DNA of 64,000 nucleotides from a virus. Numbering within the stretch: position 1 is the stretch's first letter; every line of letters begins with the position of its first letter. This document shows positions 27,610-37,136 of the stretch, one piece after another. The translations under genes and the position numbers were made by a program. The notes below the pieces were generated by a model, which made no database searches, was not told the DNA's origin, and saw only the letters and a list, made by a program, of their open reading frames with translations. The stretch covers positions 5,207-69,206 of IMG/VR virus record IMGVR_UViG_3300030419_007306; one strand, given 5' to 3'.

Positions 27610-28392
27610 ATGCCTAAAATTATATTAACAAGGCACCCCAAAACAAAGCAACTGATGTCTCCAAGATTTCCATTGCCTTTGACGGTGAAAAAGTGGGCAG
27701 TTGGTGTTACCGTGGCTCCTAGGAAAAACCCCACTTTTGAGCGGTGCTATGAGAGTTTTTTGAGAGCTGGATTTACCCCTCATATCTTTAAAGAACCAGG
27801 CGTGTCTATAGACCCTAGATTTTTTAAATACGGCGTCACAGAGCGCGCACAGAGGCTAGGAGCGTGGAAAAATTGGCTGACCAGTCTTTTTGAGCTTCGT
27901 CGTAAAAACCCAAATGCCGACGCCTACGCGATATTCCAAGATGATGTTGTTTTGTGCCGAAATATAAAGACGTACTTAGAACAGGAATTGTGGCCTTCTC
28001 CTTTTACTGGCCTTGTCTCTGTGTTTACGCCAAATCATTACAGGGGAAATTATAATTGGAATGTTGTTGACGAGGGGGCGAATTTGTGGATGGCTCAGAC
28101 TTTTATTTTTTCGCCGCTGGCCGTTGATTCAATTTTAAGTCATCCGATAATCAGAAATTGGAAGGGAGATAAAAATATTGATAGTAAGATAGGAGAATGG
28201 GCTCGGGCTATTGGAATGCTCGCATATTATCACTCACCTTCCTTGGGGCAACACGTAGGGCATTCATCTACTCTTTGGGCAAACAAAAACAATCCTCTCG
28301 GATTAGATGAGCTGCCTGCTCTTGGAGATAGGTCAGCAAGCGATTTTGTTGGAGAATCTTTTGACGCAATGCAACTTTTACATGGTGTATAA
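27610..28392 (+). CDS. Putative GT-A fold glycosyltransferase
   Basis: AIFQDDVVL (xDD motif) and PSLGQHVG, as in GT25/GT2-like enzymes; likely start is the ATG at 27610. Confidence 0.65.
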   Translation: MPKIILTRHPKTKQLMSPRFPLPLTVKKWAVGVTVAPRKNPTFERCYESFLRAGFTPHIFKEPGVSIDPRFFKYGVTERAQRLGAWKNWLTSLFELRRKNPNADAYAIFQDDVVLCRNIKTYLEQELWPSPFTGLVSVFTPNHYRGNYNWNVVDEGANLWMAQTFIFSPLAVDSILSHPIIRNWKGDKNIDSKIGEWARAIGMLAYYHSPSLGQHVGHSSTLWANKNNPLGLDELPALGDRSASDFVGESFDAMQLLHGV

Positions 28393-28393
28393 T
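28384..28393 (+). promoter_or_regulatory. Candidate phage promoter GGTGTATAAT
   Basis: About 40 nt upstream of gene 28436; same motif as at 4033. Confidence 0.5.
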
Positions 28394-28435
28394 TTTAGTG
28401 TGTAGCTTTATTTTATAACCTCATGGAGCATTGTA

Positions 28436-28717
28436 ATGAGAGATATATGGAAAACCTTAGCAATTAGTGCTACCAGCTGTGTTGTTTTAATGGTTTCTTT
28501 TTGGTTGATTGAGATGAAAGATTATGTTACGAGAGACCAGGCCTCTCAAATGATTCAAACACAATCCCCTTATCTTGTAGATAAGCAAGTTGTTTTAAAA
28601 AGCTTAAATGATATGAATGAAGTGCTGAGGAAAAATACTGAGGTAATTTCCGAATTAAATTTAGAAATAGCTAGACTAAGGACGGAGTTAGATAGGATTG
28701 CACATGAAGGTTCCTAA
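28436..28717 (+). CDS. Membrane-anchored coiled-coil protein
   Basis: N-terminal hydrophobic helix and C-terminal heptad repeats. Confidence 0.6.
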   Translation: MRDIWKTLAISATSCVVLMVSFWLIEMKDYVTRDQASQMIQTQSPYLVDKQVVLKSLNDMNEVLRKNTEVISELNLEIARLRTELDRIAHEGS

Positions 28718-29030
28718 AAAGTATAAACAAAAACTCAAACAAAAGAAAAAAAATAAAGAGAAGATTAAATCTCCATCTCTTTCTAAAAGACTTAAAAATT
28801 TTACCGTAAGTGCTATAAAGCATGTGGCCAAAGGAATGCCCACCTGCACCCAAGAAGAGGTTGATGAACGATTAGAAATATGTAAAGGGTGCAAATGGTT
28901 TAATGGAGAAAGTTGTCGAAAATGTGGTTGTGCGTGCAATAGCAATAAAAAGTTTTTAAACAAGCTTGCGTGGGCAGACCAAGAGTGTCCTATAGGCAAG
29001 TGGGGAAAGATAGAAAAGGAAGAGGAATGA
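28704..29030 (+). CDS. Small Cys-rich (Zn/Fe-S-binding) phage protein
   Basis: RLEICKGC...CRKCGC...KLAWADQECPIGKW motif. Confidence 0.65.
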   Translation: MKVPKKYKQKLKQKKKNKEKIKSPSLSKRLKNFTVSAIKHVAKGMPTCTQEEVDERLEICKGCKWFNGESCRKCGCACNSNKKFLNKLAWADQECPIGKWGKIEKEEE

Positions 29031-29185
29031 TACTTTATATATTAGGCGGAATTTATTTACTAACCTCGCTCTTTCTTATCATTAGATGGGCGATAAAAAG
29101 AGTTCGAAGAAATAGAATATTAAAAGAGATAGAAGAGGTTGAAAAACAAGACCCGTTTTTTGATAAGTTTTACCCACACTTTTAA
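29027..29185 (+). CDS. Small single-TM membrane protein
   Basis: ATGA coupling at 29027; MILYILGGIYLLTSLFLIIRW transmembrane helix. Confidence 0.55.
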   Translation: MILYILGGIYLLTSLFLIIRWAIKRVRRNRILKEIEEVEKQDPFFDKFYPHF

Positions 29186-29997
29186 AGCAACTCATTTTCT
29201 TTTATAAAAGAATAGAGCTTATCGGCCCATAGTTTAGACCCCAGTGGATTGGGGTGTCCATCTGTTTCGCTCAAGGTCAACATTTCTTTCTCTACATAAT
29301 CCATATGGCTTTCTCCATCGAACTGAAAGAATCTTTGCTTGTCTACCTTGTCTGCAAGCCCATCGAGTCCCTCCGTATGACCATAGGGGATGAGGGGGGG
29401 CAGCGCATTATACATACAATAGTTAATACTGTTCAATTTGAAAAAGTCCTGCAGACTTAGAACCTGTTCCAGATATTTAAGTCTACAGGTTCTGCTTATA
29501 TCATAGTCAACCACCTTGAAACATTTGTGCCTTTCGCCTCCGTTCAGGAAAGCAAACCATTCCTTCTCTTTCTTTTGCTTCTCTTCACTGCTGTCCTCAG
29601 TGTTTCGCCAGGGGTAAACCCAGTTAAACGCCCCCCAGCCAACGAGAGACCCGTTGTATTTCAGGGGCCCGGACGGTCTTCCTATCGGTGATTTATCTGG
29701 GTCGAAACCCTCTTTAGGAGAGTGGTTTAATAAACGAGCCGAGGTTTTAAGATAATCCTGCCTAACAACAGAGGACCACCCTATTAAAACAAACGTATCT
29801 TTTATTAATTCAGGGTTATCATAAAAGAATAGCTTTGTTGTGGCAATGATTCGGTCATTACCTCGTGCTGAAGCAGCATATCCAATAGGATTAAGTTTAA
29901 GTTTTTCGGCCAAGCAGTGGCCCGCTGGTGCTCTGGCTCTATCGACATCGTATACCTCCAAGAAAGAGCATCCGTTGATGAATAGATTTTCTAACAC
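29182..29997 (-). CDS. SGNH/GDSL hydrolase-like protein (paralog 2)
   Basis: NGCSF block I, RGNDRI, C-terminal DGHPN (DxHP). Confidence 0.7.
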   Translation of the reverse strand: MLENLFINGCSFLEVYDVDRARAPAGHCLAEKLKLNPIGYAASARGNDRIIATTKLFFYDNPELIKDTFVLIGWSSVVRQDYLKTSARLLNHSPKEGFDPDKSPIGRPSGPLKYNGSLVGWGAFNWVYPWRNTEDSSEEKQKKEKEWFAFLNGGERHKCFKVVDYDISRTCRLKYLEQVLSLQDFFKLNSINYCMYNALPPLIPYGHTEGLDGLADKVDKQRFFQFDGESHMDYVEKEMLTLSETDGHPNPLGSKLWADKLYSFIKENELL

Positions 29998-30722
29998 AGG
30001 CTATTTGTCCTTATAAAGTCGTAAAGTTTATCCGCCCAAAGCTTGTGCCCTTTATAGTTTGGGTGTACGTCTGTCTCGCTCACGGTTAACATTTCTTTCT
30101 TTGAATCGCACACAAAACTAAGATGGCTTTCTCCATTAAACTGAAAGAATCTCTGCTTGTCTATCTTGTCTGTAAGCCTATCGAGTCCTGTGCATGTGTT
30201 CGTATTATAGGCAGTAAGAGCATTGTACATGCAATAATTGATATCGTTTAACTTAAAAAAATCCTGCAGGGTAAGAACTTGCTCTAGGTATCTAAGCCTC
30301 ATGGTTTTATTTATATCATAGTCATTCAACTTAAAACATTCGTGTTCTTCGTCTTCGTTCAAGAGAGCCAGCCATTTTTCCATTTTTACTGGGTCTGTAA
30401 TTTTCCAAGTCCCCCAGTCTTGGATAGGAGACGGTCCCTTTTTGGGGGAGTGGCTTAAACAAGCTGAGGTTTTAAGATAATCCTGCCTAATAACACCAGA
30501 CCATCCTATTAAAACAAACGTATCTTTCATCAACTCAGGATTGTCATAAAAGAATAATTTTGTTGTGGAGATGATTCGGTCATTGCCTCTTCCTGAAGCA
30601 GCGTATCCGATTGGATTTAAGCCCATGGTTTCAGCTAACTTATGACCAGCTGTTGTACTGCAGATGTCTTTGTCGTATATGTCCAAGAAAGAGCATCCAT
30701 TAATAAATAGATTTTTTACCAT
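29991..30722 (-). CDS. SGNH/GDSL hydrolase-like protein (paralog 1)
   Basis: NGCSF, GRGNDRI, DVHPNYKGH; tandem duplicate of 29182..29997. Confidence 0.7.
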   Translation of the reverse strand: MVKNLFINGCSFLDIYDKDICSTTAGHKLAETMGLNPIGYAASGRGNDRIISTTKLFFYDNPELMKDTFVLIGWSGVIRQDYLKTSACLSHSPKKGPSPIQDWGTWKITDPVKMEKWLALLNEDEEHECFKLNDYDINKTMRLRYLEQVLTLQDFFKLNDINYCMYNALTAYNTNTCTGLDRLTDKIDKQRFFQFNGESHLSFVCDSKKEMLTVSETDVHPNYKGHKLWADKLYDFIRTNSLC

Positions 30723-31228
30723 TGATACTTTTCTATAACAGCCCTCTCCAATAAGACCTTAAGAATTTGAGCTTCCCCAAACGAAAGCGTGTGCTTGACC
30801 TCCGTTAGCTCTCCTCCGTTTGGCTTTTTTGCAAGCCTTATATAATATCCTTTTCCCTCGGCTTTCTTAAACGAAAAGGTGGTGCTGCCGCTTTGATTCT
30901 GATGGTAGATACCGGGAAACTTTCCTCCAGTTTGCCCCGCTTCAGGCTTTTCATTATTAAGAACTGCCAGTAATTCTCCGACATCGGCCTCTCCTAGTTT
31001 TAGAGTAACCGACTTTTTGTCATCCTTCTCTCTCCACGCAAAAGCAGCCTGTCCTTTTTCATCAGTTCCTGTTTGAGGAGATGCAACCCAGAACAGTTGA
31101 ACATCACGGATTTCCGCATCACCTCTTTCGGTAATCACGGTTTTCATTTCTAGTCTGCTGGCAGCGCCAGTGTTACTTTTATTTGGCTTATATACTCGCC
31201 ACTGTGTTTGCTTACGAATCGTTGACAT
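30716..31228 (-). CDS. Putative Whirly/PC4-like ssDNA-binding protein
   Basis: Two repeats of a beta-strand/helix unit (VYKP...FAW...KLGEADVGELL; IYHQ...LSFGEAQIL) resembling the Whirly fold. Confidence 0.5.
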   Translation of the reverse strand: MSTIRKQTQWRVYKPNKSNTGAASRLEMKTVITERGDAEIRDVQLFWVASPQTGTDEKGQAAFAWREKDDKKSVTLKLGEADVGELLAVLNNEKPEAGQTGGKFPGIYHQNQSGSTTFSFKKAEGKGYYIRLAKKPNGGELTEVKHTLSFGEAQILKVLLERAVIEKYQW

Positions 31229-32102
31229 CGAACTTTAGCCTCCAATTATCTTTATAGGTTTTTATAGCTGCAGGTATACTTTCCATATTCTGTTGGTAAT
31301 GAGATAACATTTGTATTAAATCTGCAGCTTCGTTATGGGTAACATTTCTAATAGACTTGCACTGAGGATGCTTCGACTTAACCATTGCTTCTACGTTTAT
31401 ATCTAAACCTCGGCCAACAGATTTACACATAACATCAATAAAATTAATTTGATTATCACTTATTTCCGTGCTATAATCCTGCTCTTCTTTATTTGCCGTT
31501 GTAGATAATTCCTCAGCCGCTACAACCTTCCTTAATTGCAGTAACCTTCTCAGCGCTCGTCCTTCCGCTCTAGTCTCTGCCATTGCAACAGGGAACTTAC
31601 TATAAGGCATATCGGTATTTTTATGCCATGCGTCTCCTGAGCCCGTTGCGCTTCTTTCGTGCCCAGCATATACAGTTACTTTACATGTGGCGGTTGCGCG
31701 ACCTTCATTTTCTTTTGTTGGTATTTGAAGTATGTCTATTTTGGTTTCAATTATTGGGCCTAAAACAAGTTCGGTAATACGTCGTAGCCCATCAACAGTA
31801 GGATTGCCATCCATAATTTCGTCATGCTCAAACTGAGACAAAACATACTCGCTCCACTCTGGAGAAGACATTGCGGGAGAAGCGGGGCGTGTCTGTAACT
31901 GGGTAGGGTTCATATGAGTCTCTTCTTCTGTTTCGGCGGTAAAGTCTTTGGTTCCATCTTCAAAGTCTAGGTTTTCAATTTGTTGAAGGCCTCTCTCCTC
32001 TTCTAGAAGACTTTCAAGCTCTGTTTTTTTTGCTGTTTTAATTTGTTCTGTCTTGTATCCATGAACTTTTACAAGTTCCTCACGCATTTCTGCTACTTTC
32101 AT
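31212..32102 (-). CDS. Rad52/Rad22-like single-strand annealing protein
   Basis: ATCKVTV...SATGSGDA...AMAETRAEGRALRRLL motif. Confidence 0.6.
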   Translation of the reverse strand: MKVAEMREELVKVHGYKTEQIKTAKKTELESLLEEERGLQQIENLDFEDGTKDFTAETEEETHMNPTQLQTRPASPAMSSPEWSEYVLSQFEHDEIMDGNPTVDGLRRITELVLGPIIETKIDILQIPTKENEGRATATCKVTVYAGHERSATGSGDAWHKNTDMPYSKFPVAMAETRAEGRALRRLLQLRKVVAAEELSTTANKEEQDYSTEISDNQINFIDVMCKSVGRGLDINVEAMVKSKHPQCKSIRNVTHNEAADLIQMLSHYQQNMESIPAAIKTYKDNWRLKFDVNDS

Positions 32103-32104
32103 TT

Positions 32105-32878
32105 TTAGTCTCCTATTTCAATATAACGATTTTCACGAGAAGGATATTTTTTCTTTATCTCATCAAGAGTTTCTGTAAGGCTAGATAAAATTTCTCTTTT
32201 ATATTTTTCCGACAATCCTTTTTGCTGTTTGACCCGTATCAAAACAAACCCATTTGAAAGTAACAACCCTGTTTTTTGCTGGTCTGCTTTTTGGGTTCTT
32301 AGCAATGCCTCTTCTCCCCATACCGGTTCAAAATGAGAGGGTCCATCTACTTCTATTGCCGTAGCCATATCGGGTAAAAATAAATCAATGTGCAGTCGTT
32401 CATTTAAGAGCATGTGCTCCTTATGAAAATCGACTCTGAACCCACTGTTTGTCAAGGACTCGAACAAATATTTTTCAAGCTTAGAACCTTCTTTGCTTGC
32501 TTTTCTTATAGCTTCTCCAGATAGTTGATGGATATTTTTTTTCTGCTCCTCTGTTAGAGACTCCCAATGCTTTTTGCCTAGCTCCGACCTTCTATCTCTT
32601 TCGTTCTCATCCATTTTTTGCCAATAGTCATGTGTGGTATTACTAATTTTTTCCTTTGTCTTTGCGCTGTGTCCCTTGCCTTTTGTTGGGTGTTTGTGTC
32701 TTCCAGATGCTAAAGCATTCTTTTGGGCCTTTGCCTTATCTCTGGGTTGTATTCCCATCGCTATAGCAGCTCTTCTAATTTTATTAGGATATGTTCCCAG
32801 CTGTTTTGCTATACTGGAAAAACTTCTCTTATTTTTTACGTACTCTTCAACAATAAATTCTTTTGATAAATTACTCAT
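32105..32878 (-). CDS. Free-standing homing-type endonuclease (HTH/NUMOD3-like region plus Vsr/DUF559-like nuclease)
   Basis: KGKGHSAKTKEKIS (NUMOD3-like); SKLEK...HIDLFLP..AIEVDGPSHF...D..K..LL..GF.LIRV. Confidence 0.7.
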   Translation of the reverse strand: MSNLSKEFIVEEYVKNKRSFSSIAKQLGTYPNKIRRAAIAMGIQPRDKAKAQKNALASGRHKHPTKGKGHSAKTKEKISNTTHDYWQKMDENERDRRSELGKKHWESLTEEQKKNIHQLSGEAIRKASKEGSKLEKYLFESLTNSGFRVDFHKEHMLLNERLHIDLFLPDMATAIEVDGPSHFEPVWGEEALLRTQKADQQKTGLLLSNGFVLIRVKQQKGLSEKYKREILSSLTETLDEIKKKYPSRENRYIEIGD

Positions 32879-33335
32879 TATTTATTATCCTAATTAAATC
32901 TTTATGGTTGAAATCATCCATGACATGAGAAGGATATCTCCAACATTGGCCTATTATACGCTGATGTCTCTTACTTCTTGATATTAATTGTATATCTTCG
33001 TGATTGTATATCTTTGAAAGCTCTTTATGCATAAAGCCCTCTAGCCTCATCCATTCTAAATCCCAAAGATAAAAGTATTTTTTTGTAGGTCCTACTGTAT
33101 CTATCAGAGTGGATGCTGTCTCTAGGCTTGTCGAAATTATTGGTGCATTAAAGCCCCACATTTCAACTTCCGACATGATAGAAAATAGTGGCGTAACGGG
33201 AGGAACAGATGGTTCTCTTGTAAAAACTATGATATCCACATTTACCATATTTTCTGAAATATGATTTATGCATTTGGTTATATTGAAACCCAGCTGAGAG
33301 CCGTCTATTCTGTTTACTAAAATTCCGGCTTTCAT
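32871..33335 (-). CDS. Glycosyltransferase-like fragment
   Basis: ISTSLETA...KKYFYLWDLEW resembles the N-terminal domain of GT-B enzymes; part of the GT cluster. Confidence 0.4.
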   Translation of the reverse strand: MKAGILVNRIDGSQLGFNITKCINHISENMVNVDIIVFTREPSVPPVTPLFSIMSEVEMWGFNAPIISTSLETASTLIDTVGPTKKYFYLWDLEWMRLEGFMHKELSKIYNHEDIQLISRSKRHQRIIGQCWRYPSHVMDDFNHKDLIRIINNE

Positions 33336-34177
33336 ACATACTCCTCTAATTTATTTAGGCAGCTTTTTGAATATTCTTTGTATCCTAGTAGCGAAAGCAT
33401 ATCGGATGCCCTATGGAAATAGGTATGTTTTTCCATTACAAATTGATAGCATTTTTCGACATGTTCTTCTCTAAAAGATTTCTTTAATACTATAGCCTTT
33501 ATACAAGCTGTTAACTCCTCAAGACTGGCAGCTTTTGGCATATAATCTACGCTTAAAACAGTCTCGTTTGCAGACAGACATGGGCAGCTATTTGCCATTG
33601 CTGAAAGCAGCAGGTCGTTGTGTCCGTCCGTATCTAAATATAAGTTACAAGATGAAAATATGCTTGGTATTTCATTTGGCAATATTTTTCCTACATAGTT
33701 AGGGTATCTTAATTTTCTAGTATAGCTGAAAGATTTTAAAGAAAAGCTTGACAAGCTATTAATGACTGGGCTTTCATTGTCTGATATAGTAGATATTTCT
33801 GATTTATATTTATCCTTGGCCGGAGACGGAGCATAGTCAATCAGATTAGCGGCAGGTTGTAAGTCATATAATTTCTCTCCCGATGCCCCTGGATAACATG
33901 TTAAGTCTGGTTCAAAATAATCTGGTACTTCAGGACCAATTGCTATTACCTTAGTGTCTTTGTATTCCTGCAGAACATTAGACAGGGAGCTATCTATAGT
34001 TTTATCCATACAGATTAATATCTCTGGTTGGCATTCATAAAATACATCGTATGTAGGTTTTTTTGCGTCCCAGATGTAAATGCCATCATTTACTGAAGAA
34101 AACGCAGAGCACACTCCCTCTAAGGTTGGAATATATCCTATAGAGGAATCTACTTTAATCAATATTTTTGTTTTCAT
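33332..34177 (-). CDS. GT-B glycosyltransferase (YkvP/CgeB-like)
   Basis: C-terminal YQFVMEKHTYFHRA motif; AMANSCPCLS. Confidence 0.65.
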   Translation of the reverse strand: MKTKILIKVDSSIGYIPTLEGVCSAFSSVNDGIYIWDAKKPTYDVFYECQPEILICMDKTIDSSLSNVLQEYKDTKVIAIGPEVPDYFEPDLTCYPGASGEKLYDLQPAANLIDYAPSPAKDKYKSEISTISDNESPVINSLSSFSLKSFSYTRKLRYPNYVGKILPNEIPSIFSSCNLYLDTDGHNDLLLSAMANSCPCLSANETVLSVDYMPKAASLEELTACIKAIVLKKSFREEHVEKCYQFVMEKHTYFHRASDMLSLLGYKEYSKSCLNKLEEYV

Positions 34178-34893
34178 TATATAATTTTTCTCGCAGCAAT
34201 CAAATCTTTAGAAGAATCTATGTCGATGACCTTGGCCCCTTCGGGGGAGACAGCCTTAAAATTCCCTCCTCTGTCTATAATTTCATTAATCGCTTCAAAG
34301 CCAAAATAATGACTTTTGTTTTTATCCCAGGCTATTTTCTTTAACAAGCTAAGTTCTTTGTCTATAAAAAAAGATATTTGACCCCATTTGTTAGGCATGT
34401 CTGGCAGCATTTGTTCAACTGACCCATCGCAGATATTGCAACCCACCTCTTCTTCTCCCATGGTTTCTGACTCATCTATCATAATGCAAGATTGTTCAAA
34501 TTTAAAATTTGATATAGCCTCTTCATTGAAAACTAAATCCCCATACATTATTACTATTTTATCTGTAGTTGCTGCTCTAAGAGCCATTCCTATACTTCTA
34601 ACCACATTATTTTTTTCGTAACTTTCATTTTCTACTTTTATTAAAAAATCTGGTGTGTTTTTCATCAGCTTATCTGACTCGAAGCCGGTAACCAATACTA
34701 TTTCGTAATTAGTGAAGTTATTCTGTATTATCTTAATTTGTCTTTGTATTATATTTTGGCTTGCGTCTAGTCTTATAAGAGGCTTTGGTCCATACGACCG
34801 CATGCGATAACCCATACCAGCAGCTGGTATTATTATGCTGTACTTGTCGGTTTTTTTGCCATGTATATTAAGCGTGTTGCGGCTGCGTGACAT
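34177..34893 (-). CDS. NTP transferase (sugar or choline-phosphate nucleotidyltransferase, LicC-like)
   Basis: IIPAAGMGYRM...GPKPL; YGDLVF; IDIDSSKDL. Confidence 0.8.
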   Translation of the reverse strand: MSRSRNTLNIHGKKTDKYSIIIPAAGMGYRMRSYGPKPLIRLDASQNIIQRQIKIIQNNFTNYEIVLVTGFESDKLMKNTPDFLIKVENESYEKNNVVRSIGMALRAATTDKIVIMYGDLVFNEEAISNFKFEQSCIMIDESETMGEEEVGCNICDGSVEQMLPDMPNKWGQISFFIDKELSLLKKIAWDKNKSHYFGFEAINEIIDRGGNFKAVSPEGAKVIDIDSSKDLIAARKII

Positions 34894-35470
34894 TTTTTAA
34901 ATAATTAATATCTTCTTGTACATCAATTTGCCTTGAAACCAAATGAAATAACAATTGGGGAATATGTGAAACGATAAAACTATTTGAAATCTTAACTAAG
35001 ATGTCATGTCCATAAAGATGTTTTAAATTTTCATCTAACGACTTGTCCTGCACCGCTTCCGAATTAAAGAATACAGGAAATATTCCAATTAGCTTGGAAA
35101 ATGTTTGATGGTCATGAGGGGGAAAATAAAATTCCTGACTAATCTCTCCGCTTTTTACACAAGCATCTGCATATATACCACCTATAAATTTTTCAGATAA
35201 TTTATTAACTAGGACCTGCAAAGAATCTTTAGAGGCAAATGTGTCCCCAGGATTCATAAGGCCATAAATTTCATATTCCTCAGATAGATTATTGAAAAAG
35301 TGAGGAGCAGGCTGTTCTGCATTTTGAATAACTACCACATTTTTATATGATTGCTCTTCAACACTTTTTTGTGTTTTTTCTATGGCTTTTAAATTTTTGC
35401 CCGTTAAAATAATAGCTACTCTGGGAAGCTTGGGCAAATCGTTGTTACCGGTATTATGTTCTCTAAGCAT
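34868..35470 (-). CDS. Degenerate GT2-family glycosyltransferase
   Basis: PRVAII...SVEEQSYKN...GLMNPGD...HIPQLLF. Confidence 0.55.
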   Translation of the reverse strand: MLREHNTGNNDLPKLPRVAIILTGKNLKAIEKTQKSVEEQSYKNVVVIQNAEQPAPHFFNNLSEEYEIYGLMNPGDTFASKDSLQVLVNKLSEKFIGGIYADACVKSGEISQEFYFPPHDHQTFSKLIGIFPVFFNSEAVQDKSLDENLKHLYGHDILVKISNSFIVSHIPQLLFHLVSRQIDVQEDINYLKNVTQPQHA

Positions 35471-36183
35471 CCGTCCTCTTCTATTTTCTTTTCTAATTTT
35501 TTGTCAGAATTTCCACTATAATATTTATGAATTAAGCTTGAGACTACCATGCCGTCTCCAGAAGAATTTGGAGAAATCATAGCAAACTGAAGCATCAATT
35601 CATTAACGGCATAATTAATTATCTCAAAAAAATCAGATGGAACCACACAGCCAGCATAAAATATGGAGTAAAATTGTTTCGGATTTATGTCTTGAACTAT
35701 GTCTATACAATCCCCGTCTTTCATCTTTGGGTGGAGTATGTTTTGTATTTTCCATTCTACGCCCAAAGAATCCATATATTCTACTAGTTTTTCTGGCGGT
35801 TGTACACAATCAGGCTTTCTAATAACAACGATTCTTTTGGGTATATGCGATTGACTAATTAAGGAATTAATGGTTTGCTTTAAGTCAGATTCTTCTTTGT
35901 CGTGAAAAACAATAGCCTGAAATTGCAGGGCCATTTCTTCTCGGACAGTCTCTTCCCATTTTTTTTCTTCTACTTTTTCTCCCCAGTCTCTATTTCTGCA
36001 GGCCAAGCAGTATCTATTATCTATTACAAAGGACTTAGCTCCTGTTTCTGTGTCCTTAGCTTCCACCACGCAGTCCAATGACCGATATTTTTCTAGCCTG
36101 TCTAATTTGCACCCAATTTGAACAAGAGGGTCTTTATCGTTCTCGTGAGTTGCAAATATACAGTTTTTACACAGGGTTCGCAT
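35416..36183 (-). CDS. GT2-like protein with N-terminal Cys cluster
   Basis: CKNCIF...C...CLAC; LKQTINSLISQSHIP. Confidence 0.45.
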   Translation of the reverse strand: MRTLCKNCIFATHENDKDPLVQIGCKLDRLEKYRSLDCVVEAKDTETGAKSFVIDNRYCLACRNRDWGEKVEEKKWEETVREEMALQFQAIVFHDKEESDLKQTINSLISQSHIPKRIVVIRKPDCVQPPEKLVEYMDSLGVEWKIQNILHPKMKDGDCIDIVQDINPKQFYSIFYAGCVVPSDFFEIINYAVNELMLQFAMISPNSSGDGMVVSSLIHKYYSGNSDKKLEKKIEEDGCLENIIPVTTICPSFPE

Positions 36184-36595
36184 TTGGGGCTGGTCTTTCC
36201 GCTATTATTGTATACTTAAAATCGTTAACTCTTTTATGCAGAACCTTCAACCCTAGCTGCTGGAGCTTAGCGACCATATCTAGTACGCTACTAATAGAGT
36301 ATCTGCCGTCATAAATAATCGAATTGGCTTCTTCTAAACCTATGGTTTTGCTTACCATAGCCCTAGAAATTTCGTACATGTCTGAGCCGGATATAATTAT
36401 TTGTCCTTTATATCTTATTTTTTTTACTAGCTCTTTAGTAAAATCATCTCTTTGTTCAATAAAATCTAGACAGCTATCTACAAATATTTCTTCATAGGCT
36501 CCGTCATCTAGCCCTCCTATCTCTGAAAGGTCTACGTGTTCATACCCATCCGTCTTTGTTTCAAATAGACCAGGCAAATAGATTGCAATTTTCAT
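36167..36595 (-). CDS. Degenerate SAM-dependent methyltransferase-like protein
   Basis: VDL...DDGAYEEIF..CLDFI......KKIRYKGQI resembles class I methyltransferase motifs, but no glycine-rich loop is visible. Confidence 0.45.
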   Translation of the reverse strand: MKIAIYLPGLFETKTDGYEHVDLSEIGGLDDGAYEEIFVDSCLDFIEQRDDFTKELVKKIRYKGQIIISGSDMYEISRAMVSKTIGLEEANSIIYDGRYSISSVLDMVAKLQQLGLKVLHKRVNDFKYTIIAERPAPNANPV

Positions 36596-36596
36596 T

Positions 36597-37136
36597 TTAC
36601 ATCCTCGTGTATACTAAGCTACAGGACTCTTGAAGCACATTGTTCCAAGAGTCACAGAAGTTATCTCCGTCTTTTGGAATTACATAACCCAACTGCTCCC
36701 ATTCATCTCTCGCTTCATTTGAGACAAATACATTTATGTCTCCTTCGTATTGTTTTGTCATCAACCATTCTTGTTGATTAAATTGCTTATATTCATCTGT
36801 TGGTATTTGAGATTCCAACAATACAATGGGAATATGCCAAAAGTCTGAGATATTTTTGCAGAACTGAAAGAAGCCTCTATTAGGACACAAAACAACATCA
36901 AAGTCTAAATGCTCTGGCATTGACTGTCCTTTTATACTGGAAAAATTATCAGGCTTCATTACGATAGTGTCGTTCCATTTTGTGTCGTTAACAGATTCCC
37001 AGAAATAAAATTTATTTCCGGTCTCAGATAGCTTAGCCATATAAGGAAAGATATTTTCATCTAGTAACGTAATAATATTATATGGCTCATTCTCTTTTTT
37101 TGTTGCGGCCCTTATAATAGTTCTCATTGCAGTCAT
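36597..37136 (-). CDS. Glycosyltransferase-like protein (GT-B N-terminal domain)
   Basis: DFDVVLC...IPIVLLE...NVFVS; inside the GT cluster. Confidence 0.4.
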   Translation of the reverse strand: MTAMRTIIRAATKKENEPYNIITLLDENIFPYMAKLSETGNKFYFWESVNDTKWNDTIVMKPDNFSSIKGQSMPEHLDFDVVLCPNRGFFQFCKNISDFWHIPIVLLESQIPTDEYKQFNQQEWLMTKQYEGDINVFVSNEARDEWEQLGYVIPKDGDNFCDSWNNVLQESCSLVYTRM

